Shown: piece after piece, positions 1 through 9,170 of the stretch
How the letters are laid out: every line of letters starts with the position of its first letter
How positions within the stretch are numbered: position 1 is the first letter of the stretch
Source: Piscinibacter sp.
GTDB taxonomy: Bacteria; Pseudomonadota; Gammaproteobacteria; Burkholderiales; Burkholderiaceae_C
DNA length: 64,000 nucleotides
Reading direction: 5' to 3' (one strand)
NCBI RefSeq assembly: GCF_017983795.1
Contig: NZ_JAGOAS010000003.1
Notes under the pieces: generated by a model
The model's database searches: none
What the model saw: only the letters and a program-made list of their open reading frames with translations
What the model was told of the DNA's origin: nothing
Position numbers and translations under genes: made by a program

Positions 1-1359
1 TTGCGCGCGCTGCGGCTGGACGCCGAAGGCAGCAGCCCCGCGGCCTGGCGCGAGGCCACCGGCACGGCGCGTCTCGGCCTGGAGGGCTTCGTCGCCTGGG
101 TCGACGCTGCGTTCGAGGCCGCCACCTTCAAACCCGCCGCGCCGCCGCCGGAAGCCGTGCGCGTGATCATCACGCCGCTGGCGCAGCTGATGCTGCGCCC
201 CTTCGCGGCGGTGGTCTGCCCGGGCGCCGACGATCGCCACCTCGGCGCGGCGCCGGCGACACATCCGTTGCTGTCGGACGCCGAACTCATCGCACTCGGC
301 CTGCCCGGCCGCGCCGAGCGGCAGCAGCGTGAAGCTCTCGCCTTCGCCCACGCGTTGGCCGCACCGCAGGTGACGCTGCTGCGCAGCCATGCCGACGCCG
401 ACGGCGAGCCGCTCTCCGACAGCCCGCTGGTGCAGCGGCTCGCGCTCGATCTCGCCGCGCAAGGCCGCGCGCTCGCCGAGTGGCAAGACCCACGCCCCAC
501 GCTGCGGCTCGAAGCGCAGCCGCTCTCGCGGCCGCTGCCGGTGGCGGCCGACGCCTTGCCGACGCGCGTATCGGCCAGCGCGGTGGAGGCGCTGCGCGAC
601 TGCCCGTACCGCTTCTTCGCCCGCCACGTGCTGGGCCTGCGAGAAGACGACGAGCTCGAGGCCGAGCTCGAGAAGCGCGACTACGGCGACTGGCTGCACC
701 ATGTGCTGCTCGCCTTCCACCGCCAGCGCGGCGAGCCCGCGCCGCTGGCGGCCGAGGCCGAGTGCCTGCAGCGCATCGCCGTGCAGGAGCAGGCCGCGAT
801 GGGCCTGGCCGACGACGAGTTCCTGCCCTTCGCGGCCAGCTTCGCGCGCTTCGTGCCGGCTTACCTCGCCTGGCTGCATGCGCGCGATGCGGAGGGCGCG
901 CGCTGGCAGGACGGCGAGCGCGAGCTGCGCATCCGGCCCGAGGCGATGGGCGGCGTCGAGCTGCAAGGCGTGATCGACCGCATCGACAGCGTCGAGCTCG
1001 GCGGCGCGCTCGAGCTGATCGACTACAAGACCTCGTCCATCCAGCGCCTGAAGGACAAGCTGAAGCAGCCCCTGGAAGACACCCAGCTCGCCTTCTATGC
1101 CGCGCTGCTCGCGTCGCAGGCCACGCTGCCGCTGCGCGCCTGCTACCTGCCGCTGGACCAGGCCGACGAGATCAAGCCGCTCGTGCACCCGCAGGTGCAG
1201 CGCAGCGCCGATGTGCTGGTGCGCGAGCTCGGCGCCGAGTTCGCTCGCCTGCGCGATGGTGCGCCGCTGCCGGCGCTGGGCGAGGGCGAGGTGTGCGAGA
1301 ACTGCGAGGCGCGTGGGCTGTGCCGGCGTGATCACTGGCCCGACGGAGTGAGCGCATGA
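1..1359 (+). CDS. AddB-like PD-(D/E)XK nuclease family protein (5' end outside the window)
   Basis: The ORF is open at the window start. It carries a RecB-type nuclease motif (IDRIDSVELGGALELIDYKTSS) and a terminal Cys cluster (GEVCENCEARGLCRR) typical of AddB Fe-S nuclease domains. Its stop overlaps the next start as ATGA at 1356-1359. Confidence 0.8.
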   Translation: MRALRLDAEGSSPAAWREATGTARLGLEGFVAWVDAAFEAATFKPAAPPPEAVRVIITPLAQLMLRPFAAVVCPGADDRHLGAAPATHPLLSDAELIALGLPGRAERQQREALAFAHALAAPQVTLLRSHADADGEPLSDSPLVQRLALDLAAQGRALAEWQDPRPTLRLEAQPLSRPLPVAADALPTRVSASAVEALRDCPYRFFARHVLGLREDDELEAELEKRDYGDWLHHVLLAFHRQRGEPAPLAAEAECLQRIAVQEQAAMGLADDEFLPFAASFARFVPAYLAWLHARDAEGARWQDGERELRIRPEAMGGVELQGVIDRIDSVELGGALELIDYKTSSIQRLKDKLKQPLEDTQLAFYAALLASQATLPLRACYLPLDQADEIKPLVHPQVQRSADVLVRELGAEFARLRDGAPLPALGEGEVCENCEARGLCRRDHWPDGVSA

Positions 1360-4300
1360 GCACGAGCCCGGCCTACCGCGCCGACGGACGCGACGTGTCG
1401 CGCGAGGCCTTCTACGCGCTCGCCTGCGATCCGCGCCGCAGCGTCGTCGTCGAGGCCTGCGCCGGCGCCGGCAAGACCTGGATGCTGGTGTCGCGCATCG
1501 TGCGCGCGCTGCTCGATGGCGCGCAGCCGCAGGAGATTCTCGCCATCACCTTCACCAAGAAGGCGGCCGGCGAGATGCGCGATCGCCTCGACAAGTGGCT
1601 GCGCGAGTTCGCCGCGCCGGCGATGAACGATGCGACGCGCATCGAGGAACTGGTCGCGCGGGGTGTGCCGAGTGCCGAAGCGCCGGCCTGGGTCGAGGCG
1701 CTGGCAGGCCTGCAGCGCCGCGTGCTCGACAGCGGCCGCGCGGTGGAGGTGCGCACCTTCCACGCCTGGTTCGCGCAGCTGCTGCGCGCTGCGCCCTACG
1801 AGCTGCTCGACGAGATCGGCCTCGACCCCGAGGGCGAGCTGCTGCTGGACATCGCCGACCATCGCAGCGAGGTGATGCGGCGCTTCCATGGCGCGCTGCT
1901 GCGCGACGAAGCGCGCCGTGCCGACCATGCCGAGCTGCTGCGCCTGCGCGGCCGCAGCCAGGCGGCCAAGTGGTTCGAGGCGGTGCTGGCGCGGCGCGTC
2001 GAGCTCGAGCTGGCCGATCGTGCCGGCGTGCTGCAAGACGGCGTCGCGCCCGCCGTGACTGAAGGCGCCGCGCCGCCCTGTGCCGAGGTGGGCAACGCGG
2101 CCTGGCGCCACGATCTGCTCGGCCTCGCGGCGGCGCTCGCGGCGAGCGCGAAGAAGACCTGCCGCGACGCCGGCGCAGCGCTGCAAGCGGCGCTGGAGCT
2201 CACCGACGCCGCGGCGCGTTTCGCGGCGGTGTGGGCAGCGCTCTTCACTACCACCGGCACGCCGCGCAAGCTCGGTGACCTGCCCGGACTCGACGCGAGC
2301 GTGCGCGCGCTGGAGACCCTCGCCGCGCGCCAGCACCAGCACGAATGCCACCTCGAGCACGCCCGCATGCTGCGGCTCGCGCGCGTGCTGCTGGCCGAGT
2401 ACGCCGCCTACAAGCGCGAGCGCGGCCTGCTCGACATGAACGACCTCGAGCATGGCGCGCTGGCGCTGCTGCGCGACGCCAGCCTGTCGGGCTGGGTGCA
2501 GGAGCGGCTGGACGCGCGCATCCGCCACGTGCTGATCGACGAGTTCCAGGACACCAGCCCGCTGCAATGGCATGCGCTGCACGCCTGGCTGTCGGCCTAT
2601 GCCGGCGCGGGCGGCGGGGCGAGCGGGCAGCGCGCGCCGGCGGTGTTCGTGGTCGGCGATCCGAAGCAGAGCATCTACCGCTTCCGCCGCGCCGAGCCGC
2701 GCGTGTTCGGCGCGGTGCGCGAGTTCGTCGTCGAGGCGCTGGGCGGCTGCGTGCTCGAGTGCGACCACACGCGCCGCAATGCGCCCGGCGTGCTCGCGGC
2801 GCTCAACACGGTGTTCGAGGCAGCGCAGGGCGAGGGCGCCTTCCTGGGCTTCCGCGCCCACACGACCGAAGTCGACGCGGACGGCGCGCCGGCGCTGTTC
2901 GCCCTGCCGCGCGTGCCGCGCCCGGCCAAGGGCGACAAGCCGGACGAGGCGGACGAGCCGCGCTGGCGCGACAGCCTCAGCGAACCGCGCCGCGAGCCCG
3001 AGCTGCAACGCCGCGAGGCCGAGGCGCAGATGGTGGCCGAGGCCATCGTGCAGCAGATCGAGGCCGGCGTCGCGCCGCGCGAGCTGCTGGTGATGGCGCG
3101 CAAGCGTGCGCCGCTGCGGCTGCTCGCGCAGGCGCTGCAGCGCCGCCACGTGCCCTGCGTGGCAGTGGACGACGCCACGCTGATCGAAGCGCCCGAGGCG
3201 CAGGATCTGGTCGCCGTGCTCGATGCGCTGGTCTCGCCGCAGCACCGCCTGTCGCTCGCGCGCGCGCTGCGCAGCCCGCTGTTCGACGCGGCCGACGCCG
3301 ATCTGCTCGCGCTCTCTCGCCGCGCCGGTGCGGCGGGCGACTGGTGGGGCGCGCTGATGAACTGGCCCGGCGAGGGCGATGCGCTGGCACGCGCGCGCCG
3401 GCTGCTGGCCGCCTGGCAGGAGGCCGCGCGCCACCTGCCGCCGCACGATCTGCTCGACCGCATCGTCGCCGAGGGCGAACTGCGCGAGTGCCTCGCCGCG
3501 CGTGTGCCCGCCGCGCAGCGGGCGGTGGCGCTGGCCACGGTGGATGCGGTGCTGGCCCAGTCGCTGGCGCTCGACGGCGGGCGTTATGCCACGCCCTATG
3601 CCTTCGTGCGCGCGCTGCGCCGGCGCACGATCACGGTGCCGGCGCCCGATCTGGGCGGCGCCGTGCGCCTGCTGACCGTGCACGGCGCCAAGGGGCTGGA
3701 GGCCGACGTCGTGTTCGTGATGGACGCCGACCCCGAGCCCAATCGCACCGAGACCGCCACGTTGCTGGTCGACTGGCCGGTGCGGCTCAGTGCGCCGCGC
3801 CGCTGCGCCTTCCTCTACAACGAGAACCAGGCCCCGGCCGAGCTGGCCGACGCGATGGCCGAGGAGCAGCGCGAGCGCGCGCGCGAGGAGCTCAACGGCC
3901 TGTACGTGGCGATGACGCGCGCCCGGCACACGCTGGTGCTGAGCGCCACCGAGCCGTCGCGGCGCACGGCCGCGGCGAGCTGGTGGCAGCGTGTAGCGCC
4001 GCTCGCCGCGCCCTGGCCGCAGGCGGCGGCAACGAAGGCTGTTCCGCGCCCCGAGCCGGCGCCCGAACTGATCGTGCTGCCGCGCTGGAGCGATGCGCCG
4101 CTCGCGCCGCCGGCGCCGGCACCGGTCGACGACAGCCCGGCTTCGCGCCTCGGCCAGGCGGTGCACCGCGTGCTCGAGTGGCGCAGCGGCGCGGGCGGCG
4201 AACTGCAGGCGCTGGCGGCCGGCGCGGCCGCCGAGTTCGGCGCGCCCGCCGAGGAGGTGGCGCGCGTGGCCGGCCGCATCCTCGCCCACCCGGATTGCGC

Positions 4301-4586
4301 ACGCTTCTTCGATGCGACGGCGCTGCGCTGGGCGGGCAACGAGGTGCCGGTGAGCGTGGACGGCAGCGTGCGTTACATCGACCGGCTGGTGCGCCTGGAT
4401 GATGCCGGCGTCGACACCTGGTGGGTGCTGGACTACAAGCTGCAGCACCGCCCCGAGGCGCTGGAGGCCTACCACGCCCAGCTCGCCGCTTACCGCGAGG
4501 CGGTGCGGCAGGCGCAGCCCGGGGCGCGCGTGCGCAGCGCCTTCATCGCCGGCGATGGCCGCCTGATCGAATCCGGATCGGCCTGA
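1356..4586 (+). CDS. UvrD/REP-family helicase with C-terminal nuclease (AddA-like)
   Basis: Has a Walker A (ACAGAGKTWMLV), the UvrD motifs DEFQDTSPLQW and VGDPKQSIYRFRRA, a helicase C region (TVHGAKGLEADVVFV) and a C-terminal RecB-type motif (WWVLDYK). It is coupled to the upstream nuclease gene. Confidence 0.85.
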   Translation: MSTSPAYRADGRDVSREAFYALACDPRRSVVVEACAGAGKTWMLVSRIVRALLDGAQPQEILAITFTKKAAGEMRDRLDKWLREFAAPAMNDATRIEELVARGVPSAEAPAWVEALAGLQRRVLDSGRAVEVRTFHAWFAQLLRAAPYELLDEIGLDPEGELLLDIADHRSEVMRRFHGALLRDEARRADHAELLRLRGRSQAAKWFEAVLARRVELELADRAGVLQDGVAPAVTEGAAPPCAEVGNAAWRHDLLGLAAALAASAKKTCRDAGAALQAALELTDAAARFAAVWAALFTTTGTPRKLGDLPGLDASVRALETLAARQHQHECHLEHARMLRLARVLLAEYAAYKRERGLLDMNDLEHGALALLRDASLSGWVQERLDARIRHVLIDEFQDTSPLQWHALHAWLSAYAGAGGGASGQRAPAVFVVGDPKQSIYRFRRAEPRVFGAVREFVVEALGGCVLECDHTRRNAPGVLAALNTVFEAAQGEGAFLGFRAHTTEVDADGAPALFALPRVPRPAKGDKPDEADEPRWRDSLSEPRREPELQRREAEAQMVAEAIVQQIEAGVAPRELLVMARKRAPLRLLAQALQRRHVPCVAVDDATLIEAPEAQDLVAVLDALVSPQHRLSLARALRSPLFDAADADLLALSRRAGAAGDWWGALMNWPGEGDALARARRLLAAWQEAARHLPPHDLLDRIVAEGELRECLAARVPAAQRAVALATVDAVLAQSLALDGGRYATPYAFVRALRRRTITVPAPDLGGAVRLLTVHGAKGLEADVVFVMDADPEPNRTETATLLVDWPVRLSAPRRCAFLYNENQAPAELADAMAEEQRERAREELNGLYVAMTRARHTLVLSATEPSRRTAAASWWQRVAPLAAPWPQAAATKAVPRPEPAPELIVLPRWSDAPLAPPAPAPVDDSPASRLGQAVHRVLEWRSGAGGELQALAAGAAAEFGAPAEEVARVAGRILAHPDCARFFDATALRWAGNEVPVSVDGSVRYIDRLVRLDDAGVDTWWVLDYKLQHRPEALEAYHAQLAAYREAVRQAQPGARVRSAFIAGDGRLIESGSA

Positions 4587-4670
4587 TCTGAGGGGCTTTC
4601 GCCCCGCTGATCGTCGCTTGCGCGCAGCGCCGGCTCGCTTCCAATCGATGCAGACCACCTGCCAGTCCCG

Positions 4671-6458
4671 ATGGCCGCTTCCGTCACGCCCGCTTCTCCT
4701 GCCCGCACCAGCCCGCCGCGCGCCTTCGGCCGCTACGAGCTGCGCCAGCTACTGGGCAAGAGCGCTGGCAGCATGGCCTGGCTCGCCTTCGATCCGCGCC
4801 TCGGCCAGGAGGTGATGCTGACGCTGCCGCGCGTGCAGCCGCACGATGCCGAAGCGCTCGAGCTGCGCCTGCGTGAGATGAAGCAGGCCGCGCGGCTCAA
4901 CCATCCGAATCTCGCCCACGTCATCGAGGTCGGCGTGCAGGATCACTGGCCCTATCTCGCCTGCGACCGCGCCCTCGGCCTCACGCTGGGCGAGTGGCTG
5001 GCCGCTCAGCCGCCGCTCGCGCCGCTGGACGTGGCCGGCCTCGTCTGCCAGGCCTTGCAAGGGCTGGCCTTCGCGCACGAGGCGGGCGTGGCGCACCGCG
5101 ACCTGCAGCTCCACCACGTGCTGATTGGCGCGCAAGGCCAGCTGCGGCTGGCGGCCTTCGGCGCCGTCGAGGCGCCGCCGGCGGCGCCCGAGGCCGATGC
5201 CCGCCGTGCCCAGCGCGACGACGCCGAGCGCGACGTGCTGGCCATCGGCGTGCTGCTGCACCAGATGCTCTCCGGCGCACCGGTGCTCGACGAGGCCGAC
5301 GTGAGCGTGGTGATCGCGCGCATGCCGCCGCACGGCCGCGATCTGGTGCGCCTGCCCTGGACCACGCCGCAGCCGGTGCCCGAGGGCCTGCGCGCCATCG
5401 CCAACCGCTGCACCGCCTCGCAGGAGCGCCAGCGCTACCTGAACGCGCGCACGCTGCTGCGCGCGCTGGAAGGCTGGCGCGAAGTCGAGCAGCGCGGGCA
5501 GGGCGACCCGATCGCGCTGCTGATCGACCGGCTGCACAGCGTCGGCCACCTGCCGGCGCTGCCGGGCATCGCGCGGCGCCTGGCCAAGCTCTCGTTCACC
5601 GACACGCAGCGCACCGACGAGATGGCCGAGCTGCTGCTGCAGGACATCGCGCTCAGCTTCGAGCTGCTGCGCACGGTCAACTCGGCCCAGGTGCGCGGCA
5701 CGCAGGTGGCCGGCAACGGCCCGGTGCTGACGCTGCGCCGCGCCATCGCGCTGCTGGGCGTGGACGGCGTGCGCAACACGGCCAACGCGCTGCGCCAGTG
5801 GCCGGGGCCGATGGACGAAGCGGCCGCGGCGGCGATGGCGCGCCTGATCAACGTCGTGCGCCTGGCCGGCCACGCCGCGCAGGCGCTGCGCCCGCCGGGC
5901 TACGACGCCGAGGTGGTGTTCCTCGTCGCGGTGATGCAGAACCTCGGCCGGCTGCTGGTGCAGTACCACTTCCCGGACGAGGCCGAGCAGATCCGCCAGC
6001 TGATGCAGCCGCTGCCGCCCAAGGAGCCCGAGGCGCCGCCGCAGCCCGGCCTGAGCGAAGAGTCGGCCGCCTATGCGGTGCTGGGTGTGGACATCGAATC
6101 GCTGGGCGCCGCGGTGGCACGCCACTGGGGCCTGGGCGACGAGGTGCAGCACATGATCCGCCGCCTGCCCGCCGGCAAGCCGGTGCGCCACCCGGACAGC
6201 GATGCCGACATGCTGCGCGCCGCCGCGAGCGCGGCCAACGAGGCGGTCGATGCGATGACGCGCCTGCCGGCACCGAAGATCGCCGCCGCCATCGCGCAGG
6301 TGTCGCAGCGCTATGCGCGCGTGCTCGAGCTCAGTCCGCGCGAACTGCAGGAGGCCTTGCAGGGCGCACGCGCTGCACTGCAGAGCGGCACGGCCGCTGC
6401 GGCGATGCCGCGCACGATCACCAGCGCGGGTGAAGCCACCGCGACGGGGCCGGCATGA
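4671..6458 (+). CDS. Degenerate Ser/Thr kinase-like (pseudokinase) domain fused to an HDOD domain
   Basis: The N-terminus aligns with the downstream kinase, but VAVK is VMLTL, HRDLKPSN is HRDLQLHH and DFG is AFG. The HDOD-like region includes LPALPGIARRLAKLSF...ELLLQDIALSFELLRTVNSAQ. The stop overlaps the next start (ATGA at 6455-6458). Confidence 0.8.
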   Translation: MAASVTPASPARTSPPRAFGRYELRQLLGKSAGSMAWLAFDPRLGQEVMLTLPRVQPHDAEALELRLREMKQAARLNHPNLAHVIEVGVQDHWPYLACDRALGLTLGEWLAAQPPLAPLDVAGLVCQALQGLAFAHEAGVAHRDLQLHHVLIGAQGQLRLAAFGAVEAPPAAPEADARRAQRDDAERDVLAIGVLLHQMLSGAPVLDEADVSVVIARMPPHGRDLVRLPWTTPQPVPEGLRAIANRCTASQERQRYLNARTLLRALEGWREVEQRGQGDPIALLIDRLHSVGHLPALPGIARRLAKLSFTDTQRTDEMAELLLQDIALSFELLRTVNSAQVRGTQVAGNGPVLTLRRAIALLGVDGVRNTANALRQWPGPMDEAAAAAMARLINVVRLAGHAAQALRPPGYDAEVVFLVAVMQNLGRLLVQYHFPDEAEQIRQLMQPLPPKEPEAPPQPGLSEESAAYAVLGVDIESLGAAVARHWGLGDEVQHMIRRLPAGKPVRHPDSDADMLRAAASAANEAVDAMTRLPAPKIAAAIAQVSQRYARVLELSPRELQEALQGARAALQSGTAAAAMPRTITSAGEATATGPA

Positions 6459-8863
6459 ACAAGATCGGCCGCTTCGAATTGCGCCGCGTGCTCGGCAAGG
6501 GCGCGCAGGCCACCGTCTGGCTGGGCTTCGATGCGCGCCTGGAGCGTGAGGTGGCCGTCAAGCTCATCACCGCGGGCGCCGACGTCGACCCGCGCGACAT
6601 CACGCACTGGCTGCAGGAGGCGCGCAGCGTCAGCCGCCTGACGCATCCGTCCATCGTGCCGGTGTTCGAGGCCGACGTGCAGGACGGCAAGCCCTACCTC
6701 GTCTTCGAGTTCGTGCCCGGGCGCACGCTCGCAGAACACGTGCGCGCGCGCGGCGCGCTGCCGCCGCACGAGGCGCTGGCGCTGATGCTGGGTGTGCTCG
6801 AGGCGCTGCAGGCCGCGCATGCGGGCGGCGTGGTGCATCGTGACTTGAAGCCTTCGAACATCCTCGTCGATGGCAGCGGCCGCGCGCGCGTGATGGATTT
6901 CGGCATCGCCGCGCGCCTGAACGATCGCGGCGGCGTGGCCGGCGAGGGCCTGGTGGTGGGCACGCCCAACTACATGTCGCCCGAGGCCACGCGCGGTGCG
7001 ACGCCGACGCCGGCGATGGACGTGTTCTCCGCCGGCCTGGTGCTGGTGGAGATGCTGGCCGGCCAGGCGCTGGTGCGCGAGCGCGACCCCTATGCCGCGA
7101 TGCGCCGCATCGCCGAGCAGGATCTGGCGCTGCCCGCCGAGCTGCCTTCGACTGTGGACGATCCGCTGCGCGCCGTGCTGCGCCGCGCGATCGCGCGTGA
7201 CCCGGCGCAGCGCTTCGCCGATGCGAGCGCCTTCGCCGATGCGCTGCGCCAGTGGATGACGCCGCGCAGCAGCGAGAGCGAAGCGGGCGCCGCGTCGAAC
7301 AGCGGCACGCTCGACTTCCTGCTGCGGCGCATGCGCCACAAGAGCGACTTCCCGGCGCTGTCGGATTCGATCGCACGCATCCAGCGCATCGCCGCCTCCG
7401 AGCACGAGAGCCTGGCCAGCCTGTCGAGCGAAATCCTCAAGGACGTGGCGCTCACCAACAAGCTGCTGCGCCTGGTCAACAGCGCGCACTTCACGCATGC
7501 CGGCGGCGGCAGCATCAGCACGGTGTCGCGCGCGGTGGCGCTGATCGGCTTCGCGGGCATCCGCAACATGGCGCTCAGCCTGGTGCTGCTCGAGCACATG
7601 CACGACAAGGGCCACGCCAACCAGCTCAAGGAAGAATTCCTGCGCGCGCTGATGGCCGGCTCGCTGGCCGGCGAACTGTGCCGCGTGGCGCGCGAGGGCG
7701 AAGAAGCCTTCATCGGCGCGATGTTCCAGAACCTCGGCCGGCTGCTCACCGAGTACTACTTCCCCGAGGAGGCGCGCCAGATCCGCAGCGCCGTGGCGGC
7801 GAGCGTGCGCGACGCCGGCTCGCTGGCCGCGCAGGCGCAGGCCGAGGCGGCTGCGGCCATCGGCGTGCTGGGCCTGAGCTTCGAGGACCTGGGCCTGGGC
7901 ATCGCCAAGAGCTGGGGCCTGCCCGACACCTTGCAGCGCTGCATGCGCCGCCCCGACGGCGAACCGCCGGCGCGCGTGCCCGACAAGGCGCCCGAGCGGC
8001 TGCGCTGGCTGACGCTGGCCGCCAACGAACTCACCGACACGCTGCTGCGCACCGAGGGCGACCCGACCGCGCGGCTGGCGGCCATCGCCGAGCGCCACGC
8101 GCGCGCGCTCGGCCTCTCGGTGCGCGAGATCCAGTCGGCCACCGAGCAGGCACGCCATCGCCTCGCGCAGGCGGCCCAGGCGATGAGCCTGCAGGTGGCG
8201 CCGAATTCACCGGCGCGGCGCCTGCTCGCCACCGTGGTGGCCGAGGCGCCGCCCAGCGCGGCCGATGCCGACACGCTCGCGCCGCACACGCTGCAGGCTA
8301 CCGTGACCGCCTTCGAGGCGACGCGCATCGAGGAAGCGCCGCCGCGCATCAACGCCGCCGAGGTGCTGGCCGCGGGCATCGCCGACATCACCAACTCGAT
8401 GGTCGAGAGCTTCAAGCTCAACGAAGTGCTGCGCATGATCCTCGAGACCATGTTCCGCGCGCTGGGCTTCCGCCGCATCGTCTTCTGCCTGCGCGACCCG
8501 AAGACCGAGACGCTCACCGGCCGCTTCGGCCTGGGCGAAGGCGCCGAGGCCGTGGCCGCGCAGTTCAGGGTGCCGCTCAAGGGCGGTGCCGACCTGTTCG
8601 CGCTGGTCTGCGCCAAGGGCGCCGATACGCTGATCAGCGACGCCACCGTCGCCAACATCGAGGCCAAGCTGCCGCCCTGGTACCGCAGCCACGTGCGCGC
8701 GCCGGCCTTCCTGCTGCTGCCGCTGACGCTGAAGGGCGCGCCCTTCGCGCTGATCTATGCCGACAAGGCGCAGCCCGGCGGCATCGAACTCGGCGAGAAG
8801 GAACTGTCGCTGCTGCGCACCCTGCGCAACCAGGCCGTGATGGCCTTCAGGCAGGCGAGCTGA
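6455..8863 (+). CDS. Ser/Thr protein kinase with HDOD and C-terminal GAF-like domains
   Basis: Canonical Hanks kinase motifs are present: GKGAQATV, VAVK, HRDLKPSNILVD, DFG and SPE. The HDOD-like region includes DFPALSDSIARIQR...EILKDVALTNKLLRLVNSAHF. The C-terminal roughly 160 aa are GAF-like (LNEVLRMILETMFRALGFRRIVFCL...FALIYADK). Confidence 0.85.
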   Translation: MNKIGRFELRRVLGKGAQATVWLGFDARLEREVAVKLITAGADVDPRDITHWLQEARSVSRLTHPSIVPVFEADVQDGKPYLVFEFVPGRTLAEHVRARGALPPHEALALMLGVLEALQAAHAGGVVHRDLKPSNILVDGSGRARVMDFGIAARLNDRGGVAGEGLVVGTPNYMSPEATRGATPTPAMDVFSAGLVLVEMLAGQALVRERDPYAAMRRIAEQDLALPAELPSTVDDPLRAVLRRAIARDPAQRFADASAFADALRQWMTPRSSESEAGAASNSGTLDFLLRRMRHKSDFPALSDSIARIQRIAASEHESLASLSSEILKDVALTNKLLRLVNSAHFTHAGGGSISTVSRAVALIGFAGIRNMALSLVLLEHMHDKGHANQLKEEFLRALMAGSLAGELCRVAREGEEAFIGAMFQNLGRLLTEYYFPEEARQIRSAVAASVRDAGSLAAQAQAEAAAAIGVLGLSFEDLGLGIAKSWGLPDTLQRCMRRPDGEPPARVPDKAPERLRWLTLAANELTDTLLRTEGDPTARLAAIAERHARALGLSVREIQSATEQARHRLAQAAQAMSLQVAPNSPARRLLATVVAEAPPSAADADTLAPHTLQATVTAFEATRIEEAPPRINAAEVLAAGIADITNSMVESFKLNEVLRMILETMFRALGFRRIVFCLRDPKTETLTGRFGLGEGAEAVAAQFRVPLKGGADLFALVCAKGADTLISDATVANIEAKLPPWYRSHVRAPAFLLLPLTLKGAPFALIYADKAQPGGIELGEKELSLLRTLRNQAVMAFRQAS

Positions 8864-9033
8864 GGCCTGTGGCGGGCGGGGCGAAAAGGCCCGCCGCCGA
8901 CACACGAAGGCACATCCGGCAGGGAGGAGAACCGGCAATCGGGGCGTGTCGGCCCGCGTGAAACGCGGTGCTGGCGGGCGACGCCATCATGGGCCGTGCA
9001 GGTTAGCTGCAGGTTAATCGCCCGGAAGGAGTT

Positions 9034-9133
9034 GGGGTGACGAGCCTTACCCCCGGCACTGGTCGCAACGCTTAGGGCTGCTTGGTTCCCCACCTGACCC
9101 GGTTGGGCGCGCTCCCATGCGGGGAGGCCCGTC
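9034..9133 (-). ncRNA. ffs: Signal recognition particle RNA (4.5S, small bacterial SRP RNA)
   Basis: The minus strand reads GGUCAGGU-GG-GGAA-CC-AAGCAGCC (plus 9076-9099). This is the domain IV motif of E. coli 4.5S (GGUCAGGU-CC-GGAA-GG-AAGCAGCC) with a compensatory CC/GG to GG/CC swap around the GGAA tetraloop. A terminal 9-bp helix pairs GACGGGCCU (9125-9133) with AGGCUCGUC (9039-9047), followed by an ACCCC tail as in E. coli. The whole roughly 100 nt folds by hand into a rod-like hairpin. Confidence 0.78.
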
Positions 9134-9140
9134 GAGCGGC

Positions 9141-9170
9141 ATTGTAGGCGAGCGGGGTGGTCGGTTGGAA
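9141..9170 (-). promoter_or_regulatory. Candidate sigma70-type promoter for ffs
   Basis: The minus strand has TACAAT (plus 9141-9146) 7 nt upstream of the predicted RNA 5' end, and TTCCAA (plus 9165-9170) 18 nt further upstream. The -35 match is weak. Confidence 0.35.

Noticed and set aside
1332-4658. A 1108-aa minus-strand ORF covering the whole AddA-like gene.
   Set aside because: It lies antisense to a gene with clear helicase motifs. The product is Arg/Ala/Gly-rich with no recognisable motif, which is typical of a high-GC shadow ORF.
8866-8900. A GC-rich hairpin (GGCGGGC...GCCCGCC) after the kinase stop, considered as a rho-independent terminator.
   Set aside because: The stem is imperfect and neither strand has a U-tract, so I did not report it as a feature.
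9021-9031. The plus-strand CCCGGAAGGAG considered as a possible SRP GGAA tetraloop on the plus strand.
   Set aside because: The flanks lack the GGUCAGGU/AAGCAGCC context. The complete motif and the closing helix exist only on the minus strand.
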